From NCBI GenBank assembly GCA_052327205.1, contig CM126204.1:78678304-78742000 (forward strand): DNA of 63,697 nucleotides, written 5' to 3'. This DNA comes from Somniosus microcephalus. Lineage: Eukaryota. Within the stretch, counting starts at the first letter, position 1. The number at the start of each line of letters is the position of its first letter. This document shows positions 11,471-22,885 of this stretch, in pieces. The notes under the pieces were generated by a model. It saw only the letters and a program-made list of their open reading frames with translations, was not told the DNA's origin and searched no databases. Both the position numbers and the translations under genes were made by a program.

Positions 11471-14040
11471 TAGATACATAGATATAGGAACAGGAGTAGG
11501 CCATTCGGCCCTTCGAGCCTGCTCCGCCATTCAATGAGATCATGGCTGATCTTCGTCTGAGATCATAGCTGATCTTACCAGTTCAGTACCCCGTCCCCGC
11601 CTTTTCTCCGTAACCCTTAATCCCCTTAGCCTTCAGAAATATATCCAATTCTCTCTTGAAAATATTTATTGAATTAACCTTCACAGCCCTCTGTGGCAGG
11701 GAATTCCACAGGCTCACCACTCTTTGAGTGAAGAAATTCTTCCTCATCTCTGTTTTAAATGATTTGCCCGCTATTTTTAGACTGTGGCCCCTGGTTCTGT
11801 GCTCCCCGGCCATTGGAAACATTCTCTCTGAATTCAGCCTGTCCAGGCCTGCCATAATTTTATATGTTTCGATGAGATCCCCTCTCAATCTTCTAAACTC
11901 CAGTGAGTACAAGCCCAAACTATTTAATCTCTCTTCGTAGGTCATTCCCGCCATTCCAGGTATCAGCCTGGTGAATCGCCGTTGCACTCTTTCCATGGCA
12001 AGAACATCCTTCCGCAGATGGGGCGACCAAAACTGTACACAATACTCCAGATGCGGTCTCACCAGCACCTTGTACAGCTGTAGTAAGGTATCCCTATTCC
12101 TATACTCGAACCCCCTTGATATGAAGGCCAACATACCATTTGCCTTCTTAATCGCCTGTTGCACCTGCATGCTCTCCTTCAGTGACTGGTGCACAAGAAC
12201 ACCCAGGTCCCTCTGCACTTCCCCATCTCCCAATCTATTGCCATTTAGATAATAATCTACCCTCCTGTTTTTACCCCCAAAGTGGATAACCTCGCATTTA
12301 TCCACATTATAGTGCATCTGCCACGTATCCGCCCATTCCCCCAACCTGTCCAAATCGCACTGTAGCCTCCTGACATCCTCATCAGAGCCCACCCCTCCTC
12401 CTAGTTTAGTGTCGTCAGCGAATTTGGAAATATTGCATCCAATTCCCTGATCCAGATCATTTATATATATTGTGAACAGCTGGGGTCCCAGGACAGATCC
12501 TTGCGGCACCCCGCTGGTCACTGCCTGCCACTCCGAAAACGAGCCGTTTATTCCAACTCTCTGTTTTCTATCTGCCAGCCAGTTCTCTATCCACGTTAAT
12601 ACTTTGCCCCCAATCCCATGAGCCTTAATTTTGCATGATAATCTTTTGTGTGGAACCTTATCGAAGGCTTTCTGGAAGTCAAGGTACACCACATCCACTG
12701 GCTCTCCCCCATCTATTCTACCAGTTACCTCCTCAAAAAATTCCAGCAGATTAGTCAAACACGATTTACCCTTTGTAAATCCATGTTGACTCTGTCCGAT
12801 CCTTTCCCCATTTGTCAAGTGCTCCGCTATTTTATCCTTAATAATGGACTCTAGCATTTTGCCCACAACCGATGTAAGGCTTACTGGTCTATAATTCCCT
12901 GCTTTCTCTCTACCCCCCTTTTTAAATATTGGGGTAACATTAGCTACCCTCCAATCCACGGGTACTGTTCCCGAGTCAATGGAGTTCCGGAAGATGATCC
13001 TTAGAGCATCTGCTATCTCCAGGGCCACCTCCTTAAGTACCCTAGGATGTAGTTTATCAGGCCCCGGGGATTTGTCGGCCTTCAGTCCCCTCAACTTACC
13101 CAACACCATATCCCTAGAGATACTAATTTCTGTCAGCTCCTCCCTCTCATTAGTCCCTATGTTTGCCGATATTCCTGGGAGGTTATTTGTGTCCTCCTTT
13201 GTGAATACAGAACCAAAGTATGAGTTTAATTGGTCTGCCATTTCCTTATTCTCCATTATATATTCTCCCGAATCGGACTGCAAGGGACCGACTTGGGATT
13301 TTACCAGTCTTTTCCTCCTGATATACCGATAAAAGCTTTTGCAGTCTGTCTTTATGTTTGCTGCAAGTTTACTTTCGTATTCTATTTTCCCCTTCCTGAT
13401 TAATCCCTTTGTCCTCTTTTGCTGTATCCTGTACTGCCCCCAATCTTCCGGTCTGGTGCTTTTTTTTGCCAGTTGATATGCCCTTTTTTTTGATTTTATG
13501 CTGTCCCTAATTTCCCTCGTTATCCACGGTTGAGTCACCTTTTTAGGTTTAGTTTTATGCCAAACCGGTATAAACATGTTCTGGAATTCTTCCATTCTAT
13601 CTTTGAATGCTTGCCATTGTCTATCCACTGTCAATCCCCCCAGAAACACCACCCAATCAATCTTACCCAATTCCCGTCTCATACCCTCGTAATTCCCTTT
13701 ATTTAAGTTCTGGACCTTAGTCTCTGATTCAATTTCCTCACTCTCCATCTCGACTGAGAGCTCGATCATATTATGATCGCTCTGACCCAAGGGGCCTCGT
13801 ACAAGAAGATTGCTGATAAGTCCCTTCTCATTGCACAATACCCAGTCTAAAATGGCCTGATCTCGAGTCGGCTCCTCGACATATTGGTCCAGATAACCGT
13901 CCCGAAAACATTCCAGGAATTCCTCCTCCTCAGAATTTTTACTAATTTGGGTAGTCCAATCAATATGTAAATTAAAGTCACCCATGATGACAGCTGTGCT
14001 CTTATCGCACGCTTCTCTAATTTCCCTTTTTATGCCTTAA
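11471..14040 (-). mobile_element. Young 5'-truncated CR1 LINE
   Basis: Uninterrupted 800-aa ORF2 segment, CR1 3'UTR and (TCTATGTA)-type tandem tail at ~11467-11487. Confidence 0.95.
11583..13985 (-). CDS. CR1 ORF2 (C-terminal APE endonuclease part plus reverse transcriptase), N-terminally truncated
   Basis: MGDFN, ILDWVL, SDHN (endonuclease); KSPGPD, NYRPVSLTS, YLDFQKAFDKV, GVPQGSVLGP, FADD (RT). No stops. Confidence 0.93.
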   Translation of the reverse strand: MGDFNLHIDWTTQISKNSEEEEFLECFRDGYLDQYVEEPTRDQAILDWVLCNEKGLISNLLVRGPLGQSDHNMIELSVEMESEEIESETKVQNLNKGNYEGMRRELGKIDWVVFLGGLTVDRQWQAFKDRMEEFQNMFIPVWHKTKPKKVTQPWITREIRDSIKSKKRAYQLAKKSTRPEDWGQYRIQQKRTKGLIRKGKIEYESKLAANIKTDCKSFYRYIRRKRLVKSQVGPLQSDSGEYIMENKEMADQLNSYFGSVFTKEDTNNLPGISANIGTNEREELTEISISRDMVLGKLRGLKADKSPGPDKLHPRVLKEVALEIADALRIIFRNSIDSGTVPVDWRVANVTPIFKKGGREKAGNYRPVSLTSVVGKMLESIIKDKIAEHLTNGERIGQSQHGFTKGKSCLTNLLEFFEEVTGRIDGGEPVDVVYLDFQKAFDKVPHKRLSCKIKAHGIGGKVLTWIENWLADRKQRVGINGSFSEWQAVTSGVPQGSVLGPQLFTIYINDLDQGIGCNISKFADDTKLGGGVGSDEDVRRLQCDLDRLGEWADTWQMHYNVDKCEVIHFGGKNRRVDYYLNGNRLGDGEVQRDLGVLVHQSLKESMQVQQAIKKANGMLAFISRGFEYRNRDTLLQLYKVLVRPHLEYCVQFWSPHLRKDVLAMERVQRRFTRLIPGMAGMTYEERLNSLGLYSLEFRRLRGDLIETYKIMAGLDRLNSERMFPMAGEHRTRGHSLKIAGKSFKTEMRKNFFTQRVVSLWNSLPQRAVKVNSINIFKRELDIFLKAKGIKGYGEKAGTGY

Positions 14041-14852
14041 TACAATCATCTAAACACAGTATTATCCACGTCACAATTTCATTCGCGTAACCATATACAT
14101 TTTAGGTACCCCTAATTTCTAACAATACCACCATCCTGGGCTGCTGAGCAATCCCCTCTGTTCGGAAGTGTGGCTCTGACATCCATGTATGTCACCACTT
14201 GAACTTTGCCCTCCCATTCCCACACTAACCTTTCTGTTTTAGGTCTTCTGCACTGTTCCAATGAAGCTCAACACAAGCTTCAAGAACAGTATACCATTTT
14301 TCTTCTGGGCACTCTACAGCCCCCTGATCTGAACATACTTCAAACCTTAGCTACAACCTCTATTTTCTTCACAGAAGTGGGTACTTGTGATGTGGGGTCT
14401 TGTGTCAGTGCCAGTGGGAGGGATGGAAAGCAGGTTAACATTTGCATCAAAGGCACTTCAAGAGAGTACAGCACAAGTGGGGCTTTGAGCCTGTGATGTG
14501 TTTCTGATTTTTAGAGTGAAGGATCTATTGTGTTTTGTTTGTACTTTCTGTTTTCATTTCAGATCTGTAGCTTGTTCTTTATTTTTGTTTTATTTCTCAT
14601 GCAAAAATTGTGTGCATATAGACCTCTCTTTTCCCACCCACTGCTCCCATTATTTGCATTGTTTTGCCCCTTCTATGTCTACATTATCTCACTGATATCA
14701 CATTTTCTATTAAGCATCTTGGAAGGTCATTTAATACATGAACTCCTCTGTATGATTGGTGTATGTTGGTTCTCTCCTCTCTTTTAACAACCTTATTAAA
14801 ATGCCTGTTTTTCTCTCAGCCTTCAGTTCTGAAAATAATCTATTTTCTCTCC

Positions 14853-16040
14853 TTCTTCTTAGGCAGTCCCTTGGAACCGAGGATGACTTGCTTCCACATT
14901 AAAAATTATTTCGCAGGTGACTGATGAGTCTAATGTGGGACCTGCACTCTCTGTCACAGGTGGGGCAGACGGTGGTTGAAGGGGCGGGTGGGTGGGGTAC
15001 TAGGGTTGACATGCGCTCCTTGCACTTGGCTTCCGCTTGCTCCCGGCGAAGAGATTCGAGGTGTTTGGCGCCTTCCCGGATGCTTCTCCTCCACTTTGTG
15101 CGGTCTTGGGCCAGGGATTCCCAGGTGTCGATGGGGATGTTACACTTTTTCAAGGCGGCTTTGAGGGTGTCCTTGAAGCGTTTCCTCTGCCCACCTGGGG
15201 CTCTCTTGCCGTGCCGGAGCTCCGAGTAGAGCGCTTGTTTTGGGAGTTGCGTATGGGGCATGCGGACAATGTGGCCCGTCCATCGGAGCTGATCAAGTGT
15301 GGTCAAAGCTTCGATGCTGGGGATGTTGGCCCGAGCAAGAACACTGACATTGGTGCGCCTATCCTGCCAATAGATTTGCAGGATCTTGTGGAGGCAGCGT
15401 TGGTGGTACCTCTCCAGCGCTTTGAGGTGCCTGCTGTACATGGTCCATGTCTCTGAGGCATACAGCAGCGTGAGTATCACTGCTGCTCTGTAGACAATGA
15501 GCTTAGTGCCGGGTTTGAGGTCCTGGTCTTTAAACACGCTCTTCCTCAGGCGACCGAAGGCTGCACTGGCACACTGAAGGTGGTGTTGGACTTAGTCGTC
15601 GATGTCTGCCCTTGTTAACAGTAGGCTCCCGAGGTATGGAAAGTGGTCCACATTGTCCAAGGCCTTGTCGTGTATTTTGATAATCGGGGGGCAATACTGT
15701 GTGGCGGGGGCAGGTTGGTAGAGGACCTTTGTCTTACGGATGTTTAGTGTAAGGCCTATGCTCACGTACGCTTCGGTGAAGGTGCTGACGATGGTTTGGA
15801 GTTCGACCTCCGAGTGAGCGCAGACGCAAGCGTCGTCTGCATACTGTAATTCGACGACAGAAGATGGGACGACATTGGATCTGGACTGGAGGTGACGGAG
15901 GTTGAACAGTTTCCTGTTTGTTCTGTAAATTAGCTCCACTCTAGTGGGGAGCTTACTGAGGGTGAGATGGAGCATTGCAGCAAGGAAGATCGAGAAGAGC
16001 GTTGGTGCGATGACACAGCCTTGTTTGACCCCGGTTCGTA
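14853..16040 (-). mobile_element. RTE-clade (BovB-like) LINE, 5'-truncated
   Basis: LQYADDA, GLTLNIRKTKVL, LLYASETWT, QLRWTGHIVRM, GGQRKRFKDTLK, C-terminal CPTC..H..H, and a (GAA)n tail. ORFs 15592-15975 and 14899-15537 are in frame with a single stop. Confidence 0.92.
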
Positions 16041-16997
16041 CGTGAATTTCGTATGTGATTTCTATACACAGAAGCTAACTGACCTGCTGTGTATTTCCAG
16101 CATTTTCTATTTTTATTTTAGAGTTCCAACACTTGCAGGTTTCCCGTTTATTCTGTTTATAACTAAAAACATATTTAAATTTAGGACTTTTATTCAGAAC
16201 CAGACTTGAATAATGGTACTCTCTAGAATTTGCTGTTTCTATTAATCATTTTTTTCTGCTGGTTATTTTTGGCCTGTCAGATATACATAAATGAAACACA
16301 GTTGCTCTACCATTTGGATTACATTATAAAGTATAAACATTAAACAATGGAAACATTTCAAAATGCTAAATTTAATTTGCATCGGTGTGGATTTATGGAT
16401 TAGAAACGGGACTGGAATAACTACATTCGAGCTGCTGTACATAGTGCTAAGATGTTCTTTTCACTTTTTAATATGCACTATGAGTAGGTAGAGGTTTTTA
16501 ATTACCATGCTCACTGGATTTTTTTTTCTACTATACAAGAATCAGACTAAAATTGCCCAGCTAATTATCCAATAGCATTAATTTGTTCACTTCCGATATT
16601 GTGTCCCTGCAGAAAGCTAATTGTATTAACCCAAGTGATGTTGTGTCTTTCTGGCGGTAGGTTATGGTCTCAATTCCCAGCTGCCCTGACTTTCCATAAC
16701 TTGGCCAATACTGGATATATTATCCAGTATTGGCTAAATAAACGACGTCTTGAATAAAGTTAGCTGAGAAAAAATTGAACTTTTTTTTGTTTTGAAGTTT
16801 TACACAAAAAAAACCTGATTATTTTCACTCCTAAATATAGTTCTGTTCAGTGTCAGTATTATTTCTTCATTGGACATAGGATACGCAGGAGAAGGGAAAT
16901 GGCGTTATGCTCTATAAGTAGTCAGTCTTGCTGGCAATCAGAAAATGAATTCTGAGAGTTGTAGAGACAAGGGCCTAGACATTGGTTTCTGAAACAA

Positions 16998-19345
16998 GGA
17001 ACATAGGAAGCAACATAGGAACAGGAGTGAGCCATTCAGCCCCTCAAGCTTGTACTGACATTCAATTAGATCAATGTTAATCTGTATCTTAACTCCATTT
17101 ACCTGCCTTGGTTTCATATCCCTTAATAACATTGCCCAACAAAAATCTATCAATCTCAGTTTTTGAAATTTTCAATTGATCTAGCCTCAACTGCTCTCTA
17201 TTCCTTCATCTAAGTCATTTATAAATATATAGTGAAAAGCTGAGGCCCCAGTACAGATCCCTGGGGGACACCACTGGTTACATCCTACCAATTGGAGTAC
17301 ATAGCCATTATCCCGACTCTCAGTCTCCTAACTAATTCCCTACCCATGTCAAAAAGGTTGCCTCCAATTACATGTGCTTCCATTTTTCCTACCAGTCTCT
17401 TATGGAACCTTATTGAATGCCTTTCTGGAAGTCCATATAAATAGCATCCATTGACACTCCCTTATCTACCACATTAGTGACATCCTCAAAAAATTCAATT
17501 AGGTTAGTTAGACATAGCTTACCCTCTACAAATCTATGCTGGCTCTCTCTGATCAGTTTATATTTGTCCAAGTGCAACAGCCACACTGTCCCTAACAGAT
17601 TCGAGAAACTTCCACACAACAGACTAATAGATAGATAACTAATAGATAGGTCTATAATGTCCTGGTTTATCTCTCCTACCCTTCTTAAATGGAATGACAT
17701 TGGGAATTTTCCAATCCAAGGGGACAATTCCTGAATCAAGAGAGTTTTGGAAGATCATGACTAAAGCATCCACAATTTCCTCACCTACTTCTTTTAATAC
17801 CATGGGGTGGAAGCCATCAGGTCCTGCAGAGTTATCCATCTCCAGTCTCATTATTTTCTCCATTACCATTTGTTTTACTTATATTAAATCTAGTAAGTTC
17901 TGTCCCTTGATTTATTTTTAGTTTTCCTTGTATCTCTGGTAATTAATCCTTTTCCTCAACTGTGTACTTCTTGACTTGTCTGCAGCCTTTGACACACTTT
18001 TTTGACAGCCTTTAATCCATCCTTCCCCAACACCTCTCCACCATCATCCAGCTGGGTGGGACTGCACTCGCCTGGTTCCATTCTTATCTATCTAATCGTA
18101 ACCAGAGAATCATCTGCAATGGCTTCTCTTCTCGCTCCCGCATCATTACCTCTGGTGTCCCCCTAGGATCTACCCTTGGTCCCCTCCTATTTCTCATCTA
18201 CATGTTGCGCCTTGGCGACATCATCTGAAAACACAGCGTCAGTTTCTACATGTACGCTGATGACACCCAGCTCTACTTCACTACTACCTCCTCTCGACCC
18301 CTCCACGGTGTCTAAATTGTCAGACTGCTTGTCCGACACACAGTTCTGGATGAGCAAAAATTTTCTCCAATTAAATAGTGGAAAGGCTGAAGCCATTGTT
18401 TTCGGTCCATGCCACAAACTCCGGTCCCGAACAGCTGACTCCATCGCTCTCCCTAACATCTGTCTGAGGCTGAACCACACTGTTCGCAACCTTGGTGTCA
18501 TATTTGACCCTGAAATGAGCTTCTGACCACATATCCGCAGCATAACAAAGACCGCCTACTTCCGCCTCCGTAACATCGCCCGTCTCCACCCTCGCTTCAC
18601 CTCATCTGCTGCTGAAACACTCATCCACGCCTTTGTTACTTCTAGACTTGACTATTCCAACGCACTTCTGGCTGGCCTCCTACATTTCACCCTATGTAAA
18701 CTTGAGGTCATTCAAAACTAGGCTGCCCATGTCCTAGCTCGCACCAAGTCCCGTTTGCCCATCTCTCCAGTGCTCGCTGACCTACATTGGCTCCCGGTTA
18801 AGCAGCACCTTGTTTTCAAAATTCTCATCCTTGTTTTCAAATCCCTCCATGGCCTCGTCCACCCTCCACCCCCGAGATATCGGCACTCCTCTAATTCTGC
18901 CCTCTTGAGCATCTCAGATTATAATCGCTCAACCATTGGTGGCCGTGCCTTCTGTTGCCTCAGCCCTGGAATTCCCTGCCTAAACCTCTCCGCCTCGCTT
19001 TCCTCCTTTAAGATGCTCCTTAAAACCTACCCTAATTTACCCTTATGTAGCTTGGTGTCAAATTTGTTGTCTTAAAATACTCCTGTGCAGCACCTGGGGA
19101 CGTTTTACTATGCTAAAGGTGCTATATAAATACACGCTGTTGTGATACAAAATTATTTAGCAAGTATGTAATTTCCTTATTTTCAATTACATGATCACCA
19201 GCATCCATCTTTAAGGGGTCCACATTACCCTTAACCACCCTCTTTCTCAATATATTTATAAAAACCTTTCGTGTTGTCCTTGATATCGCTCGCAAGTTTT
19301 TTCTTGTATTCCCTTTTTTGGGCTTATTACTTTCTTTGTATCCCT
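16998..19345 (-). mobile_element. Old CR1 LINE (~16998-17965 and ~19146-19345), split by an L2
   Basis: AGPDGFHPMVLKEV, CLTNLIEFFEDVT, YMDFQK. CR1 3' tail near 17000. Confidence 0.8.
17966..19143 (+). mobile_element. L2 LINE 3' portion
   Basis: cttgacttgtctgcagcctttgacac (LDLSAAFDT), tacgctgatgacacccag (YADDTQ), SRLDYSN, LHWLPV. The tail is ggtgctatataaatacacgctgttgt. Confidence 0.88.
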
Positions 19346-19860
19346 TTGCTGCTCTTTATAGCGAGAAACACTAGATTTATCAGGGAGGCACAGGCCTCGG
19401 ACGGTAAATGTTGCTATTCATATTTTGAACACGTCAAATGCTGCTGTACAGAGAAGATTAATCATTTTGTTGTAAAATTTGTAATTTTATATATCCTTAC
19501 TATATTACAAGTCTTATTTGCTTGATTAGTTACAAACAAACATAGAACCTTAGTTTTTCATTGTAAGTTTAGGTACTGGCTTTTTATCGGCAAGTTCCCT
19601 ACCTTTTCAGTTGTGGTTTGTTGCAGTTCCAATGGGTTTTCCATTGAGTTGCTCATGTTGAGCAGATAATATGCTGTTTTAGAACAGAAGATGCGTTATA
19701 TCACGTAATGCACAATGTATTGTCAGGGTTAATAATTCATGGTGACAATGTCAAATTCTGTTTTTATTAAAAGATATTCTGTGATTTATTCCACTGTTAA
19801 GGGGATCAAATTTCACAATTCTGTTCATTTCCTGTGGAAACTAAATAATTTGCTTATAAT

Positions 19861-20402
19861 GTCCCAGATTTTGCTGGTAAAATAAAGGCACCTCAACGAC
19901 ACACAAATCCCATTCCTGCATATAGTGAAATGTTGTTGATTTAAAAAACATCAACTTTAAAATATAAAATTTTTTTTTTCCTTTGTCTCTCTATCCAATC
20001 TTTCTTTCCCTCTCTTAGGCCACAATATTTAAGGGGCAGATGCGGTAGCCAGGGAGGGCGGGCAGGGAAGAGAACCTGGAAAGGCCGGGGACACAAGAGG
20101 TCCTGCCGAATTTAATATCAAGGCCTTTATTTCTCTTTCTGTACTTGATTTGCCATTGAATTCATACACTCTAATCTCTCCTGCTCAGTCCTTCGTCTGT
20201 TTATTTCTCAATCCATTAATCACATTGATTAAGGAGATAAGACTGTTGGTCCCATCGTTTACCAAAGTCCCAGATGCCCTGGCCCGAATTCAGTTTGCAA
20301 TTCCAGCAACTTATGGGCAAAAACATTTTTGAGCTGAAGGGTACAGGAACACGTCTAACAGGGTACAGAAGTGAGACGCCCCGCTCCAGCAAATTCAGGG
20401 CT
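19861..20402. mobile_element. MITE copy A (GGCCCAGAATTTGCTGG-type TIR family)
   Basis: TIRs gtcccagattttgctgg / ccagcaaattcagggct. Internal blocks are shared with copies B-D. Confidence 0.7.
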
Positions 20403-21065
20403 GATCATGTTTAAATCCCTTCATGCTCTCGCTTTCCCTAACCCTGAAATCTCTCCTCCTCTTGACTCTGGCCTTTTGAGCATTCCCCCGCCCCACCATT
20501 AGCGGCCGTGCCTTTAACCGTCTAGGCCCAACGTGTGAAATTCCCACGCTAAAAGCCTCTACCTTCCTCTTCTCAAGGCTCTTCTTAAAACCCACCTATT
20601 TGACCAAGCTTTTGGTCACACACCCCTCTCCCCCCAACATCTTTTTGTCTGATTATGCCTGTGAAGCATTACTCAATCCCAAATGTGTTTGTGAAGGAAA
20701 AAAAAATCAAAAATCCCGAAGCATGACAACGTGCATTTATACAGCGCCTCTAACTTAGGAAAAAATATCTCAAGGCACTTCAGAGGAGCGTAATCAAACA
20801 AAAATTGACACTAAGCCAAAGAATGAGACATTAGGAAGGGAACAGGTGGGTTTTAAGGAGGGTCTTAAAAGTCAGGGAGGTGGAGAGGCTTAGAGAATTC
20901 CTGAGCGTAGGGCCTAGATGGCTGTTGGCTCGGCTGCCAACGCTGGAGCGGAGGGTGGGGGGGATGCACCAAAGACTTGCATTTATAGAGCCTTTTATGA
21001 CCTCATGACGTCCCAAAGCACTTCATAGCCAATGAAGTACTTTTGAAGTGTAGTCAGTTGTATTG
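20403..21065. mobile_element. Cluster of L2 3' tails (both strands) and a Deu-SINE 3' fragment
   Basis: attagcggccgtgcctttaaccgtctaggccc, cttaaaacccacctatttgaccaagcttttggtcac, gcatttatacagcgcc, gccaatgaagtacttttgaagtgtagtc. Confidence 0.6.
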
Positions 21066-21618
21066 TGCCAAGTAGGATGAAAGCAGAATTCTTAGAGGCT
21101 AACTCCTTGCTGATTGAAAATAAAAATAGCATTTTATTAAAGCAGACGTTTATTTACTGTTGCAGAGAAAGAGACACAGTGGAACCTGTATATTTATTCA
21201 TGCAGCTATAATACCAAGAGAATACAGTATCTTCCCTGGAACTAATCATAAAACAGTTAATGCAATGTTTGTAACGATCTATTAGAAACCTATCCACCCA
21301 CCCCAACTTTGTGAAGACGCTTGCCCTTCACTGCTAATCCAAGAATCCACCAAAACCAAGGTTCCCGCTTTACAGTACTACCAAACCACAGGACACTCCG
21401 CTCCCATGCTACCAAACCCCAGCTTCCCCACCCACTGCTGTGAAACTCCAGGACCTGCTGCCCCAGTGGTACAAAATTAGGAGTACTTGGACCATCCCCA
21501 TTGTGTTCCAAAGTCTATGAGTGACTCATAGTCCTGCTAAAGTCCAGTATTCTCCCCCACTGAATTCTCACTCAACTGGTGAAAAATCAGCAGTGTGGGA
21601 CTCTCAGCTGCCCATGAA

Positions 21619-22885
21619 GATAGAAACATAGAAGATAGGAGCAGGAGTAGGCCATTCGGCCCCTCGAGCCTGCTCCGCCATTCAATGCGATCATGGCTGA
21701 TCATCAAGTTCAGTACCCGGTACCTGCTTTCTCCCCATACCCCTTGATGCCTTAATGTATCCAACTCCTTCTTGAATATATTTAATGAATTGGCTTTAAT
21801 GAATTCCACAGGTTCACCACTCTCTGGGTGAAGAAATTCCTCCTCATTTCTGTCCTAAAAGGCTTACCCCTTATCCTTAGACTGTGACCCCTGGTTCTGG
21901 ATTCCCCGACCATCGGGAACATCCTCCCTGCATCTAGTCTGTCCAGTCCTGCCAGAATTTTATAAATTTCAATGAGAACCCCTCTCATTCTTCTAAACTC
22001 CAGCGAGTACAAGCCCAATCGACCCAATCTCTCCTCATACATCATTCCTGCCATCCCAGGTATCAGCCTGATGAATCTTCGCTAAACTCCTTCCACGGCA
22101 AGAATATCCTTCCTCAGATAAGGTGACCAAAACTGCACACAATACTCAAGATGTGGTCTCACCAAGGCCCTGTACAACTGTAGCAAGACATCCTTGTTCC
22201 TGTACTCAAACCCTCTCGTTATGAAGGCCAACATACCATTTGCCTTCTTAACCGCCTGCTGCACCTGCATGCTTACCTTCAGCGACTGGTGCACAAGGAC
22301 ACCCAGGTCTCGTTGCACTTCGTTCTCCCAATCTATTGCCATTCAGATAATAAACTGCCTTCCTGTTTTTTACACCAAAGTGGATAACCTCACATTTATC
22401 CACGTTATATTGCATCTGCCATGCTTCTACCCAATCACCCAACCTGTCCAAATCATCCTGTAGTTTCTTGGCATCCTCCTCACAGCACACACGCCCACCC
22501 AGCTTTGTGTCATCTGCAAATTTGGAGATATTACATCTAGTTCCCTTGTCTAGATCATTAATATATATTGTGAACAGCTGGGGTCCAAGGACCGATCCCT
22601 GCGGTACCCCACTACTCACTGCCTGCCACTCGGAAAAAGACCCGTTTATTCCAACTCTTTGCTTTCTATCTGCCAACCAGTTCTCTATCCAAGTCAATAC
22701 CTTGCCCCCAATCCCATGTGCCTTAACTTTACACGCTAATCTCTGATGTGGGACCTTATCGAAAGCCTTCTGAAAGTCCAAATGCACCACATCCACTGCT
22801 TCTCCCTTACCTATTTTATATATACTAGTTACATCCTCAAAAAATTCCAGTAGTCAAGCACGATTTACCTTTTGTAAATCCATGT
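21619..22885 (-). mobile_element. CR1 LINE 3' portion, frameshifted (same subfamily as 11471-14040)
   Basis: HLDFQKAFDKVPH, GVPQGSVLGP, FADD, YRALVRPHLEY, FFTQRVVNLWNSL. Tail tagaaacatagaa. Confidence 0.92.

Larger units (their letters stand above)
10583..14124 (-). mobile_element. ERV-like solo LTR (~970 bp after removing the CR1 at 11471-14040)
   Basis: Ends TGTTGAGA...TCTAACA with flanks ATAT/ATAC. Removing it restores the Penelope sequence. Minus-strand TATA box GTATAAAAG (10872-10864) and ATTAAA (10661-10656) are in U3-R-U5 order. Confidence 0.65.
8630..16120 (+). mobile_element. Degraded Penelope-like element in pieces (~8630-8716, 10100-10582, 14125-14852, ~16065-16120)
   Basis: Joined pieces recover LKFT..FLDISI..STDI|YYKPT (RT C-terminus) and a GIY-YIG-region remnant (cactgttccaatgaagctcaacacaagctt). 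The typical terminus cagttctga...ctctcc|acagaagctaactgacctgctgtgtatttccagcattttc is also present. Confidence 0.65.

Noticed and set aside
9227-13332. Plus-strand ORFs up to 212 aa antisense to CR1
   Set aside because: Antisense open frames are typical of CR1 ORF2, and these show no independent motifs.
11583-13985. 800-aa ORF as a domesticated host gene
   Set aside because: It begins mid-endonuclease, keeps the CR1 3'UTR and tail, and sits inside another repeat. Youth explains its intactness.
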